From an uncultured archaeon (GTDB lineage: Archaea > Asgardarchaeota > Lokiarchaeia > Sigyniarchaeales > SOKP01), in assembly GCA_964632315.1 (NCBI GenBank), contig CAZWEM010000005.1, positions 1 to 64,000 of the forward strand: a stretch of 64,000 bases of DNA, given 5' to 3'. A model generated the notes under the pieces. That model was not told where the DNA came from, searched no databases, and saw nothing but the letters and a program-made list of their open reading frames with translations. Position numbers and translations under genes: made by a program. Positions 11,196 through 21,849 of the stretch are shown here, one piece after another; within the stretch, counting starts at the first letter, position 1, and each line of letters starts with the position of its first letter.

Positions 11196-11444
11196 GATTT
11201 TGACGTGACCTTAATAATTTTTTTATAGAATTGAATAGTTTCTTCAAAAATGACAAGCTTAAGATTGGAAATAATGATGATTACTAAAAATCAGACATCT
11301 TAATAACTTGAAAATCGAAAATTTTGAAAAAAGTAATCCAATTTTATTATCTATTATGAGAAAATGGTTTATCGTTTATTTAATTTATGATTCTGAGGGA
11401 ATTGTTTTATTTCACGAAAAATTACCAAAAATGTCATCAATTTT

Positions 11445-12041
11445 TTATTTTTTTATGCAATCTTTCAATAATTTGATGCTTTCTTCTCTAGCTTTTAGAA
11501 GTGTTCTCTCATTTATACCTTGCATATCCTTACTAGGAAGGATTTGAGTTTTTAATATCTTTTTAAATAGGTTATATTCTTCAGTTCTACTAATAAATGG
11601 ATTAACTTTCTCAATTTGAATAAATTTTTCAATTGATTGTTTTTTACCATTGTCATTCCCTTCTGTTAGATCAAATCGATAATCTCCATATACTAAAAAG
11701 CAGTGAACCATTGGAACATATGGAATATTATACTTTTTAGTTATTTGATATACTCCAGTAGTTATTTCTTCGGTAAATTTATATACTCCAACATATTTAT
11801 AGAGGGGAATTTTAAGTTCTTCGGCTAAACCAGCGATAGTAGCATGTTTCATAGTACAGCTTGCCATTTTTTCTTTAAAGAAGATCATTTTATCATCATA
11901 GTTGGAATTATAGCCATATTTACTATTGTGGACATAATTACAAGCTTCCTTAAAGGTTTTGATCCCAAGTTCGATAAACTTTTTTGATATTTCTCCAGTT
12001 GGTTTTATTTCTGCATCCGGTAATTTGTCATATGAATCCAT
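11445..12041 (-). CDS. Hypothetical protein, possible transglutaminase-like Cys-His-Asp fold
   Basis: SCTMKHA...VHCFL...FDLT spacing. Confidence 0.5.
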   Translation of the reverse strand: MDSYDKLPDAEIKPTGEISKKFIELGIKTFKEACNYVHNSKYGYNSNYDDKMIFFKEKMASCTMKHATIAGLAEELKIPLYKYVGVYKFTEEITTGVYQITKKYNIPYVPMVHCFLVYGDYRFDLTEGNDNGKKQSIEKFIQIEKVNPFISRTEEYNLFKKILKTQILPSKDMQGINERTLLKAREESIKLLKDCIKK

Positions 12042-12230
12042 ATGAAACTATTTTAATTAGCTTATATAATTCTTCTCTCTATATTTTATTGAGATTATCG
12101 TAACTTGTAGTATGTTTTTTAAACTCCAATAAAAATCTGATAACTTTTTTGGTTTGGTAAAAGTAAAACTTAGAGTGTGATCTTAGTTAATAAGGTCAAT
12201 AGGATATCAATATATATCATCATACTGGCC

Positions 12231-13163
12231 TTATTTATTTCCTTTTGCTTTCTTCTGTTCTTCTAAGCAAAATTCACATTCTTCAGTACTAGCTTTATCA
12301 CATACTTTACAAGTATGTTTGAATCCCACATCTTTACCTGCTCTTCTCTTTGGAGAAAGGATAATGGAAATTACAAAAACAATGCTTACAGTTATGGTGA
12401 TTGTAGAACCTGATGGTAAGTTAAGGATGAATGAAATAAAGAGACCAATAAAGGATGAGATTGCTCCAAAAATTATTGAAAGCCATAAGATCCGGTTTAT
12501 TTTATAACTCCATTGATATGCAGCAGCTGCTGGCGTCGTTATCATTGCAAAAACTAAAATTGCCCCTATTGCTTTCAATGACACAACAATAGCTAATGAG
12601 ATTAATATTAGAAATACGTAAGAAATAAATTTAACTGGTAATCCTGTTGCTTTTGCCATCTCATCATCAAAGGTTATAAAAAAGAGTTCCTTTTTCATAA
12701 AAAAAATGATCATGACAATAATGATTGCAATTGAGATCAATAAAATCATATCTCCAGTTGTAACAATCAAAACATTTCCAAATAAGATTGCTATGACTGA
12801 AGCATTATATGTTTTAATCAAGCTTATAAACAGCACAGCGAGCGCCATTGTTAAGGAAAAGATGATCCCTACTGCAACATTATTATCCTCTACATAACCT
12901 TTTTCATTAATGAAGCCAATTGTCATTGCAGAAGAAGTACTAAAAAGGAATATGGTAATAAACGGATTTATGCCTAAAAGTATGCCTAACGCTCCCCCTG
13001 CAAATGCTGAATGTGCTATCCCCGCTCCCATAAATATTAAACCACGCAGAATTATAAAAACACCAACAAGACCGCAAATAATCCCAACAAGTATGGATGT
13101 GATCAATGCACGCTGAAGAAAGGTATAATTGAGTAAAGCTTCAAAAAAGTTTTGAAAAAACAT
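12231..13163 (-). CDS. Zn/Mn ABC transporter permease (ZnuB/MntB family) with Cys-rich tail
   Basis: FLQRAL...GIAHSAFAGGALG...GAILV.AM.TTPAAAA; tail HTCKVCD...CEFC. Confidence 0.92.
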   Translation of the reverse strand: MFFQNFFEALLNYTFLQRALITSILVGIICGLVGVFIILRGLIFMGAGIAHSAFAGGALGILLGINPFITIFLFSTSSAMTIGFINEKGYVEDNNVAVGIIFSLTMALAVLFISLIKTYNASVIAILFGNVLIVTTGDMILLISIAIIIVMIIFFMKKELFFITFDDEMAKATGLPVKFISYVFLILISLAIVVSLKAIGAILVFAMITTPAAAAYQWSYKINRILWLSIIFGAISSFIGLFISFILNLPSGSTITITVSIVFVISIILSPKRRAGKDVGFKHTCKVCDKASTEECEFCLEEQKKAKGNK

Positions 13164-13276
13164 AGGAAATTCAATAATTTTCTATTAAAATTTTGAGTAA
13201 GTCTATGGAATGTTATGTTATGCTCCCTTAAATTTCTTTTCGTAGATTTTTTACCTAAAAGTTTAAATTTATTTAA

Positions 13277-13298
13277 TTACGAAAGATCGTAAATACGA
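13277..13298. promoter_or_regulatory. Candidate metalloregulator operator: overlapping inverted repeats
   Basis: TTACGA-AAGA-TCGTAA (13277-13292) overlaps TCGTA-AA-TACGA (13287-13298), just downstream of TATA-like TTTAAAT (13262-13268) in the divergent promoter region. Confidence 0.45.
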
Positions 13299-13323
13299 AC
13301 CATCATAAAAATTCTATTTCTTT

Positions 13324-14379
13324 ATGATAATCACGAAAAGAAATAAAAGAACAAAAACTGTAATATTAGTTAGTTTTTCCATTCTTTTATTATTAGTTAA
13401 TACAAATTTGAATACAAATCAATTAAATAAAAAAGAATCGCTTAAATTAGATTCTTTTGAAATGTCAAATACTTCACTTAAAATCGTTGCAACCCTTACG
13501 ATAGTAGAAGATGTGGTTGAAAATGTTATTGGACAAGATGTCCCTGTTATTGTACCTGGCTCAGCAGATCCACATTCATACGAACCAACATCAAATGAAA
13601 TTTTAGCGCTTGAAAATGCTGACATTATCTTTCGAATGGGTATTGAGGGATTGGAACCTTGGTGGCGCACTGAATGGGAGGATGCTGATGTAGTAAAATT
13701 AATAAATCCCAATATGCTTTTAGTCGACCCTCTACTTGGATTTATTAATCCTCACGTATGGATGGATCCCAATAATATGAAAAATTTTACGCAACAAGTA
13801 AACCAAACACTGTGGATTAAAGAACCCTTAATATCAAATAGGTGGCTATATTCAAACAATACATTAAATTACTTATCAACACTTGATAACTTATTGGTTA
13901 AAATAGACAATGCTAAATCCAATTTTAATTCGATGAAGGTTGTTGTCAATCATCCCGCCTTTTTCTACTTATTTCAAGAAAACCTTTTAAACTTGACTCG
14001 AGTAGGAACAATTGGAAAAGGGGAAGACCAAGAGCCGTCCGCTTTAGATATTACAAATGTCATAAAGAAAATGAGAGAGGAACAATGTCATCTCATCATT
14101 ACAGATCCACAACATAGAACGGAAAATGTTTATGAAATAGCGAGAGAAACGAAATCTAAAATAGCTATACTGACACCACTTTTAAATGTGCAAGTTGATT
14201 GGAATCATAAACAAGTAATGATCATAAATTATACCCAAATGATTGAATATGACATATGGGCATTAATGAATCCAAGCGATCCACCAAGTTTTTACAGCGA
14301 TATTTGGATTATTGTTACTTTTGCGACTATTATACTAGCGCTTTTATTTCTATTTATATATGTAAGAAGGAGGAAATAA
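13324..14379 (+). CDS. Zn/Mn ABC substrate-binding protein (ZnuA/TroA), C-terminal TM anchor
   Basis: DPHSYEP, NPHVWMDP, HPAFFY, EPSA motifs; N-terminal signal; C-terminal TM plus RRRK. Confidence 0.92.
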   Translation: MIITKRNKRTKTVILVSFSILLLLVNTNLNTNQLNKKESLKLDSFEMSNTSLKIVATLTIVEDVVENVIGQDVPVIVPGSADPHSYEPTSNEILALENADIIFRMGIEGLEPWWRTEWEDADVVKLINPNMLLVDPLLGFINPHVWMDPNNMKNFTQQVNQTLWIKEPLISNRWLYSNNTLNYLSTLDNLLVKIDNAKSNFNSMKVVVNHPAFFYLFQENLLNLTRVGTIGKGEDQEPSALDITNVIKKMREEQCHLIITDPQHRTENVYEIARETKSKIAILTPLLNVQVDWNHKQVMIINYTQMIEYDIWALMNPSDPPSFYSDIWIIVTFATIILALLFLFIYVRRRK

Positions 14380-14420
14380 TTTGAATTATACATTAAATTA
14401 TAAAATAGGAAGGTTATTTA

Positions 14421-15134
14421 ATGGAACCAGTTATTAGTTTTGAGCATGTTGATGTGAAATATCAGAATGTAAATGCTTTAAGAGATGTTAATGTAAAAAT
14501 TTTTCAGGGTGATTACATCGGAATTTTTGGGCCAAACGGCTCAGGAAAAACTACATTTTTGAAGTCTATAATCGGACTTGTTGAACCAGATAATGGTCTA
14601 GTTTCAGTTTTAGGTTCTAAAAATCTGAAAAAAGTACGTTCTAATGTAGGTTATGTCCCTCAAGATATTTCTGTCAAAAAAACCTTTCCCGCTACAGTGC
14701 GGGAAGTAGTGGAAATGGGATTATTTGGAAAGATTGGATTCATGAAGCCCCTAAAAACTGAAGATAAAAAGCAGGCTGAAGAAGCACTTCACATGGTTCA
14801 TATGGGAGCATATAAGAATCGTCCAATTGGTCATTTATCAGGAGGAGAACTTCAAAAAGTGATGGTTGCTAGAGCCCTTGCATCAAAACCAAAAATTTTA
14901 CTCCTTGATGAACCAACTAGTGCCTTGGATTTTATGATGGTGATAGATTTAATGAAGTTATTAGTCGAATTAAATAATAAACTTAATATCACTATTATCG
15001 CAATAAACCACCATCTTGATCTGCTCGAACCATATTGCACTCGGCTATTACTCATGGATGGAACCATAATATATGATGGTCCCCCAGAAAGTAAAGAAAT
15101 AGATGATAAAATCAAACAAATTTTTCAGTCTTAA
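14421..15134 (+). CDS. Zn/Mn ABC transporter ATPase
   Basis: Walker A GPNGSGKT, GYVPQ, LSGGE, LLLDEPT. Confidence 0.95.
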   Translation: MEPVISFEHVDVKYQNVNALRDVNVKIFQGDYIGIFGPNGSGKTTFLKSIIGLVEPDNGLVSVLGSKNLKKVRSNVGYVPQDISVKKTFPATVREVVEMGLFGKIGFMKPLKTEDKKQAEEALHMVHMGAYKNRPIGHLSGGELQKVMVARALASKPKILLLDEPTSALDFMMVIDLMKLLVELNNKLNITIIAINHHLDLLEPYCTRLLLMDGTIIYDGPPESKEIDDKIKQIFQS

Positions 15135-15162
15135 ATCAAGAGTTAATTTAGGTGAGGAATTA

Positions 15163-15579
15163 ATGATAGATTTAGATTATAAAGTGATCAAATTTCTATA
15201 TAATAACAAAAAGCCCCTAAAGATAAGTCAAATTGCTCATAAACTCAATAAAAAACATACAACCCTTGCTAGTTGCATTAAAAGGCTAAAAGAGAAAGGG
15301 TATGTTAATTATGAACCTTTTCACGAAGTAAGATTGACTAATAAAGGGAGGGATGTTGCATTAGAGTTGCTAAGGCATGAGCGTCTACTTGAATTACTTC
15401 TTTTTAACGAATTAGAAATTAGCGTTGAAGATGCTCATGCTGAAAGCATGAAACTTAATCTTTTATTGTCTTGTGATACAATAAACAAAATATGTAAAAA
15501 GTATGGCCATCCGAAAAAATGTCCTTGTGGAGACGATATAATCGATTCAAGGAGTTGTTTTTGTGAACGAATTGAATAA
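15163..15579 (+). CDS. DtxR/MntR-family metal-dependent repressor
   Basis: wHTH, GYVNYEP...LT.KG, RHERLLE, GHPKKCPCG; ATG 15163 after GGTGAGG SD. Confidence 0.9.
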   Translation: MIDLDYKVIKFLYNNKKPLKISQIAHKLNKKHTTLASCIKRLKEKGYVNYEPFHEVRLTNKGRDVALELLRHERLLELLLFNELEISVEDAHAESMKLNLLLSCDTINKICKKYGHPKKCPCGDDIIDSRSCFCERIE

Positions 15580-15705
15580 AATTTATTTAGTTTATTATTA
15601 CGTTAAATCTTAATTCCTTAATAATTTGAAATTGTAATAATTTATATAATCTGTAAGGTTTTTTATATTCACATTCTTTAATTGAATAAATTAGATTAGT
15701 TTAAA

Positions 15706-17127
15706 ATGCCGAAGTTAGGGGAGCAAGAAGGATTTCTTTATCTTTTAAAGAAATTGTGGACGAATTTCTTAATATATAATTCTTATGCGTTTACAGTCTC
15801 AATGATTTTTATAAATTTTATTATTGTATCAAATATAATGTGGCCTGGAGAGGTGTTTCATTCCAGTGAATTGGGAATTATGGTAGGGACGGGCATGTAT
15901 GCAATGGCAGTATCTGGTTTATTTTTTGGATATTTAGCGGACAGATATTCACGTATAAATTTAATGTCATTTACTGAAATAATTTTTGGGATCGGTATAT
16001 TCATTAATGGTTTAGCGCCTGGAGGATTGGGATTAATTACCTTCAATTTTTTCTTAGTTTGTAATTTATTAAGAAGTTTTTCTTCTGGAGGGTTCTATCC
16101 GATAATTATTTCATACGTAAATGATTCTACTGAAGAAAAAGAAAAATCTCAATTTTTTGGAATGTTACAGGCATTATTTCAATTGTTTCAAATATCTGGG
16201 ATGATAATATCTGCGTTTTTATTTCAAAATACTTTTTGGAGACAATTTTTCTGGTTCTCGGGGATTATTTTCATAATTTTTGGTATGGTTATTTTTTTTA
16301 AGGGAAAAGAACCAAAAAGAGCATCCACCCAAGATGAGTTAAAACAGGTTCTGTTAAATAATAATATTGAATATGATTATAAGTTAAATTGGGAAACGAT
16401 AAAAACTACCATCCTCGCTCCTACAAATATAATGGCTTTTGTTGAGGGAATTTTTACAACTATTATACTGATGGTTCCAGACTTTTTATTTGTTGCTTAC
16501 ATTCAATCTCCCCCCCATAACATTTCTTCCCTTGTTTCAAGCATACACATGGTGATATTTGGACTTCCGGGGGGACTATTTGGTTCCTTAGCACTTGCTA
16601 AACTCTCAGATAAGTTGGCGAATAAAAATATCAAATATAGGATCTATTTTATTGTATTTTCTATTGTTACTTTATTTGGTCTATACATGCTCATATTTTA
16701 CGTTCCCATACCACATTTGAGTATCGAACAAGGACAAAATTTGTTTATTTTTTACTCATTTCCGATAATTTGGATCATGGGAACATTTGCTTTCTTAGCT
16801 CGAGCTGTAGTTGGGATTTGGAATATAAATCAACCCCCTATTTTGCAAGCTATTAATCTTCCTGAAGCTCAAGGGGTAATTAGTTCAGCAAATCAGTTTT
16901 TAGAATTGATAGGAAGTGGAACGGGTCCGATAATGGCCGGATTTCTCTTGATATATTTCAATCAAAATTATCAAATCACTGTTACAATAGCTATGGCGAT
17001 TGGAATCATTGGTGGAGCATTGTGGCTACTTGCAACTAGATGGATAAATAAAGACGTCGATCGAATCTCAAAAATATTAAAAGAGCGAGGGGTTGAATTA
17101 GGTAAAATGAATATGGACATAACTTAA
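15706..17127 (+). CDS. MFS transporter
   Basis: About 12 TMs; motif A GYLADRYSR. Confidence 0.9.
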   Translation: MPKLGEQEGFLYLLKKLWTNFLIYNSYAFTVSMIFINFIIVSNIMWPGEVFHSSELGIMVGTGMYAMAVSGLFFGYLADRYSRINLMSFTEIIFGIGIFINGLAPGGLGLITFNFFLVCNLLRSFSSGGFYPIIISYVNDSTEEKEKSQFFGMLQALFQLFQISGMIISAFLFQNTFWRQFFWFSGIIFIIFGMVIFFKGKEPKRASTQDELKQVLLNNNIEYDYKLNWETIKTTILAPTNIMAFVEGIFTTIILMVPDFLFVAYIQSPPHNISSLVSSIHMVIFGLPGGLFGSLALAKLSDKLANKNIKYRIYFIVFSIVTLFGLYMLIFYVPIPHLSIEQGQNLFIFYSFPIIWIMGTFAFLARAVVGIWNINQPPILQAINLPEAQGVISSANQFLELIGSGTGPIMAGFLLIYFNQNYQITVTIAMAIGIIGGALWLLATRWINKDVDRISKILKERGVELGKMNMDIT

Positions 17128-17207
17128 ATACCAAATCTAAAATAGATATACTTAAGTAAAAATTTCAATAAATAAATTTTTAAGGGTATTAAAATACTTT
17201 AGGTGTT

Positions 17208-17315
17208 CTATTGGAGGATGACACGAAAGGTTTTCTTAAATAAAAAAATTCCATTCTTCTTAGGATCTAAAATCATGGATCCATGAGGAAGAATAAAGGC
17301 TCCTGCAATTCCCAT
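17208..17315 (-). pseudogene. Truncated N-terminal fragment of a LigB/class III extradiol dioxygenase-like protein
   Basis: MGIAGAFILPHGSMILDPKK then stop after 35 aa; xxPH start typical of the LigB/Memo-like fold. Confidence 0.45.
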
Positions 17316-17447
17316 AATTATTCTATTTGATACTTTCTTATTATTAAATTTAAAAATATTGAATTAGATCTTTTCTAAATCTATTTTCATATTTTAATAT
17401 TAATTAGAAAATGTAAGAATATAAAATAAATTAGTTTTTTGATAAAA

Positions 17448-18365
17448 TTAATAAAAAGGAATGGGGAAAATTGAGTTAAAGATTATCGAGAGTATATATA
17501 TCAATAAGCTTGCGTGATAACGGGGTAGCATTTTAATAGCTATATTTTGCGTTTGTTTTTTAAAAAGGGATATATTTGCTGTTATTAATAAGAAAAAAGA
17601 AAGACTAAACCCGATTAAAGCAATGAATCCAAGTTTTAAAATGAGCAGCAATGTCGCAGATGCGATTTGGATAAGAGTAAAGTATGCAATCCATTTGATA
17701 TTACCTTTAATACCATATAAAGTTGTAATTGTTTTTAGATTCTTTGCTTTATCATTTTCATAATCTCCCAAATCATTCACCCCTAAATGAGCTTGTGCCC
17801 ATGGATAGAGAAATAGCATGAGCAAGATGATCGTAAAGGAGAGATTACCATAACATAGATATCCCGCCACAGGAAAAAAAGTTAAATCCGTTCTTCCGAT
17901 TAATTGGGCGATTGGAAATTTTTGGTTTTCCTTTTTCTTTTGATAAAATATTTCAACGGAATATGCATAGATCATAATGATATATAAGTAAAAATTATTA
18001 GGAAATGGTAGAAAAGCAATTAAAACGACAGTAATACTTATAAAAATCAAAAAGATTATTATCGCTTCTTGAAAAGAGATAATATCGTCGGTTAACGGTC
18101 TTTTTTTAAATGGTCTCCAGTATTTCGTAAATGCATTATCAGTTGCTAATTTGTCTATTTTCCTGTCAATAATATCATTAAGGACCATTCCTGCTTCAAA
18201 TCCAAATAATCCTATAAAAAATACAACTATTAAAAGAGATAATGAAAAATAATTATACTCTCTGAAAGCTATCAGTAATCCTGAAATAAATAATAAAGGC
18301 CACACAGGAGCGAAATGTGCTCGTGTTAAGTCTAAATACGCTTCTATTTTGGTTTTTAATTTCAT
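17448..18365 (-). CDS. UbiA-family prenyltransferase
   Basis: LNDIIDRKID and NDLGDYEND Asp-rich motifs; multi-TM. Confidence 0.9.
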   Translation of the reverse strand: MKLKTKIEAYLDLTRAHFAPVWPLLFISGLLIAFREYNYFSLSLLIVVFFIGLFGFEAGMVLNDIIDRKIDKLATDNAFTKYWRPFKKRPLTDDIISFQEAIIIFLIFISITVVLIAFLPFPNNFYLYIIMIYAYSVEIFYQKKKENQKFPIAQLIGRTDLTFFPVAGYLCYGNLSFTIILLMLFLYPWAQAHLGVNDLGDYENDKAKNLKTITTLYGIKGNIKWIAYFTLIQIASATLLLILKLGFIALIGFSLSFFLLITANISLFKKQTQNIAIKMLPRYHASLLIYILSIIFNSIFPIPFY

Positions 18366-18593
18366 ATTATCTCGAATAATATATTATTATTAATTTTTGA
18401 ATTTTATTATGATTCATTTCTTTTTTGATAAACTTAGGATTAGGAATATCACTTTTTTAAAAATCTAATTTCAAATATAAATATTTGTATTTTTTTCATT
18501 CAATTTAAATATTCTTGGATGGAATACAAAAAAGAATGTTATGAATCATAGAATTTTCAATGAATTTAAATTATCAGAAATTATTATCTAATT

Positions 18594-19046
18594 ATGGATG
18601 AACTTGATCTTCAAATTATACAAAAATTGCAGGAAAATGCAAAAATATCTTTAAAAGATATTGCAAAAATGTTGGAAACCCCTGCGAGTACCATTCATTT
18701 TAGAGTTCAGAAAATGATAGAAGGAGAAATAATCTCTAAGTTTAGTTGCGTAGTAGATATTGAGAAGTTAGGTTATAGTACAGTGGGTTGGGTAAACCTA
18801 ATAATTGATCCTTTAAAAACAGATGATATAGCTAATAAGATAGCTTCATTTGAACAAGTACGAATGGTATCTGTCACTGGTGGAACCTATAACCTTATTA
18901 TTCAAATTATTTCAAAAAATGAAAAGGAGCTTTGGAATTTTATTCAAGAGAATGTTCAAACTATTGATGGCGTGCAAAAGCTTGACGTTAGCTCTTCTTT
19001 AAAAATTTATAAATGGGACACATGTTATTATTTTAATTTACCATAA
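18594..19046 (+). CDS. Lrp/AsnC-family transcriptional regulator
   Basis: MDELDLQII..LQENAK HTH start; VTGGTYNL RAM domain. Confidence 0.93.
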   Translation: MDELDLQIIQKLQENAKISLKDIAKMLETPASTIHFRVQKMIEGEIISKFSCVVDIEKLGYSTVGWVNLIIDPLKTDDIANKIASFEQVRMVSVTGGTYNLIIQIISKNEKELWNFIQENVQTIDGVQKLDVSSSLKIYKWDTCYYFNLP

Positions 19047-19396
19047 AAAAAATCGTAATATTACTTAATCTTAATACTTCAACCTTCTAGCTTAATCAAT
19101 TTCCAAATTTCAACTATATGGGAAAACTATCAGTAAAATTAATTCCTAATTTTATTGCAATAAGTTGAAAATAAGGTTACATTATGATTATTTTCTTGGA
19201 AAATATTATTGATATATCTCATTTCCTTTCATTTAAAGAGTTTAAATCCTAGATGATTCTTTTCCATAATCATAAACATATGCTTATTAGATCCGAACTA
19301 CTTTTCAAAATTAACAATTTTCTACCAAGCATGACGGGTGATAATTCATCCAGACATATTAATATAATAAAATTAAAGAAAGGAGAGAGAGAGAAA

Positions 19397-20035
19397 GTGG
19401 AGATAAAGAAAATAAACAAATCGGAAAAATTTTAGAATAAGCGATCAAAAGAGTATGATAGAAACGAGAAAAAATATGAACAAGATTATAATAAATTAAT
19501 CGAAAATATGAAGATTTATCTTGAGATAAATGATATTGTGCTTGATTATGGATGTGGGACAGGAATTATAACTAACGAAATTGCTGATAATGTAAAAGAA
19601 ATACATGTTATTGACATTTCCTACGAAATGATCGTTGTTGCAAGAAGGAAAGCAAAAAAACTTGAAATAAAAAATGTAAATTATTCACAATCAACGATAT
19701 TTGACGAGAATTATGGAAGGGAATCATATAACGTGATTTCAGCATTTAATATCCTACATTTATTAGAAGATTGTTCAGCAGTTATTAAAAAAATAAACGA
19801 ATTATTAAAACCTGGAGGGCTATTCATTTCTTCAACAGCTTGTATGGGAGAGAAAAGGACGTTTATAGGTATCTTATTATTTCTCTTAACTAAAATAAAA
19901 ATAATTCCATTTACGAGATTTTTTAAATTCTCTGAACTGGAGACGTTAATAGCTAATGAAAAGTTCCAAATTGTTAAAACTGAAGATTTAAAAAAGACAC
20001 CACCAGTTTATTTTGTAGTAGCGAAAAAACTATAG
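19397..20035 (+). pseudogene. Class I SAM-dependent methyltransferase interrupted by in-frame TAG (19433-19435)
   Basis: GTG at 19397; KSEKF*NKRSKEYD in frame with the 19508 ORF carrying VLDYGCGTG and LKPGG; TAG sits where FW(D/N)xxxxxYD normally has Trp. Confidence 0.65.
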
Positions 20036-20110
20036 CAAGGATATTGATATGATTTTTTGGACAATCTTTTTCTCATTAGGGGTTTTGGTTGAAAAAAATT
20101 AAATCCGTAA

Positions 20111-21295
20111 ATGGGAGATCAAAAAATGATTAAATTAAGTGAAGAGAAAACGCCAATGCGTATGTTCTTCATTGATAATTTAAAAATTTTGCTTACGGTT
20201 CTCGTAATTATGCACCACACCATGATGACTTATGGTGATCTAGGAGATTGGTATTTTAAAGATCCCAATACTGATGCAGTATCATCTTTTATATTTATAA
20301 TTCTCTCAGGTTTGAATCAAGGTTTTTTCATGGCTCTATTCTTTTTTATAAGTACTTATTTTGTACCATTTAGCTATAATCACAAGGGTCCAAAAAAGTT
20401 TCTAAAGGATCGATTTATTCGTTTAGGAATACCACTTTTAATTTACATAGCAATTGTAAATCCTGTTATGGAATATTTTCTATTTTATGATACTGAAATG
20501 CCCTTTTTCGAATTTTATGCTCTACAATTTCAATCATTTGAAGGAATATGGGACTTTTTGAGTGGAAATGGACCATTGTGGTTTTTACTGGCACTGATGA
20601 TTTTTACGGTGTTTTATTGTATATGGCGTCAAATATTTCAAGCAAATTCAGAAAAAGAAGCGGTGAAAAAACCACCAAGTAATATGATATTAGTAACTAT
20701 CATCATTATTATGACAGTATTTACATTTTTAATGCGAATAATATTCCCTGTGAATGCAGGTGATGCTTTTCTAAATATCCAGCTAGCTCATGTAGTTCAA
20801 TATATTATAATGTTAATTTTAGGTGTAATTGCATATCAGCGAGACTGGTTCCATAATATTTCTGATAAACAAGGAAAAATGTGGTTAATAATTGCCTTCT
20901 TATCAATTATCTATTTTTTTATTTTGGGAATTGCAGGAGGAGCAACGGAGGGAGGTAATATCACCATATTATTGGGCGGACTTCGCTGGGAAGCTCTTGC
21001 TTTTGCTTTGTGGGAATCAATCTACTGTATGGGAATGTGTATAGGATTAATAACATTGTTTCGGAAAAAATGGAACACTCAAGGAAAGGTATCTAAAACT
21101 ATATTTGCCAATTCATATACCATGTATCTAATCCATGCTCCAGTACTGGTTGGTGTTTCAATAATTTTGGTGGTTATTCCAATTTTCGCGCTATTAAAAT
21201 TCGTAATTGTTCTTGTTATAGTCTTTTTACTTTGCTTTTTAATTAGTAATTTTATTTTAAGGCGAATTCCAGGGACAAAAAAGGTTCTCGGATAA
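20111..21295 (+). CDS. Acyltransferase family 3 (OpgC-like) membrane protein
   Basis: RMFFIDNLK, VIMHH, FFMALFFFIS, DRFIRLGIP, GPLWFL, MYLIH. Confidence 0.9.
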   Translation: MGDQKMIKLSEEKTPMRMFFIDNLKILLTVLVIMHHTMMTYGDLGDWYFKDPNTDAVSSFIFIILSGLNQGFFMALFFFISTYFVPFSYNHKGPKKFLKDRFIRLGIPLLIYIAIVNPVMEYFLFYDTEMPFFEFYALQFQSFEGIWDFLSGNGPLWFLLALMIFTVFYCIWRQIFQANSEKEAVKKPPSNMILVTIIIIMTVFTFLMRIIFPVNAGDAFLNIQLAHVVQYIIMLILGVIAYQRDWFHNISDKQGKMWLIIAFLSIIYFFILGIAGGATEGGNITILLGGLRWEALAFALWESIYCMGMCIGLITLFRKKWNTQGKVSKTIFANSYTMYLIHAPVLVGVSIILVVIPIFALLKFVIVLVIVFLLCFLISNFILRRIPGTKKVLG

Positions 21296-21369
21296 AATGG
21301 AGCTAAAGAAAAAAGGTACGATAATTTCATAGCTTCAAATATCATAGAGAAGTTCTGCTATGATTACTC

Positions 21370-21849
21370 TTAGAATGATGAGTGATATTGTTCTCTTATA
21401 GGACATTTTGGACATTTAACATAAAGCATGAAATAATAATTACCTATAAGAACCCCTATAAAGCTTACTAAGGATATTAACGCAAATATCGAGAAATTAC
21501 TAAAAAAAGAAAATATAGTTAATATAATAGGTGAAAACCAAATTATCGTCATTAATATCGTCCAATATTTTTGGCCAACATGTTTATGTAAATGAGATTT
21601 GGTCCAAGCTTCTACAGTTAAAAGTTTTTTACCTCTATTTGTTTCGCTAACACTGAAATAACAATATTTACACATAGTTAAGGGCATAATTAAAAAATAA
21701 AATAATATAGAAAAAATTAGATATCCAAATGCTATAAATGGATTTAAATAATAAATTCCCCAAGTCCCAAGACTAACAAGTAAAAGAATAATCAGAACTG
21801 GAACGGCTTTATAAAAGAGACATTTGGGATAAATTCCAAAGGTAAACAA
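21370..21849 (-). CDS. 4-TM membrane protein with CxxC motifs; 5' end probably frameshifted
   Basis: MCKYCY and KCPKCP; the upstream ATG near 21871 is one base out of frame (deleting one T gives MSSQNTKLFTFG). Confidence 0.55.
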   Translation of the reverse strand: MFTFGIYPKCLFYKAVPVLIILLLVSLGTWGIYYLNPFIAFGYLIFSILFYFLIMPLTMCKYCYFSVSETNRGKKLLTVEAWTKSHLHKHVGQKYWTILMTIIWFSPIILTIFSFFSNFSIFALISLVSFIGVLIGNYYFMLYVKCPKCPIREQYHSSF

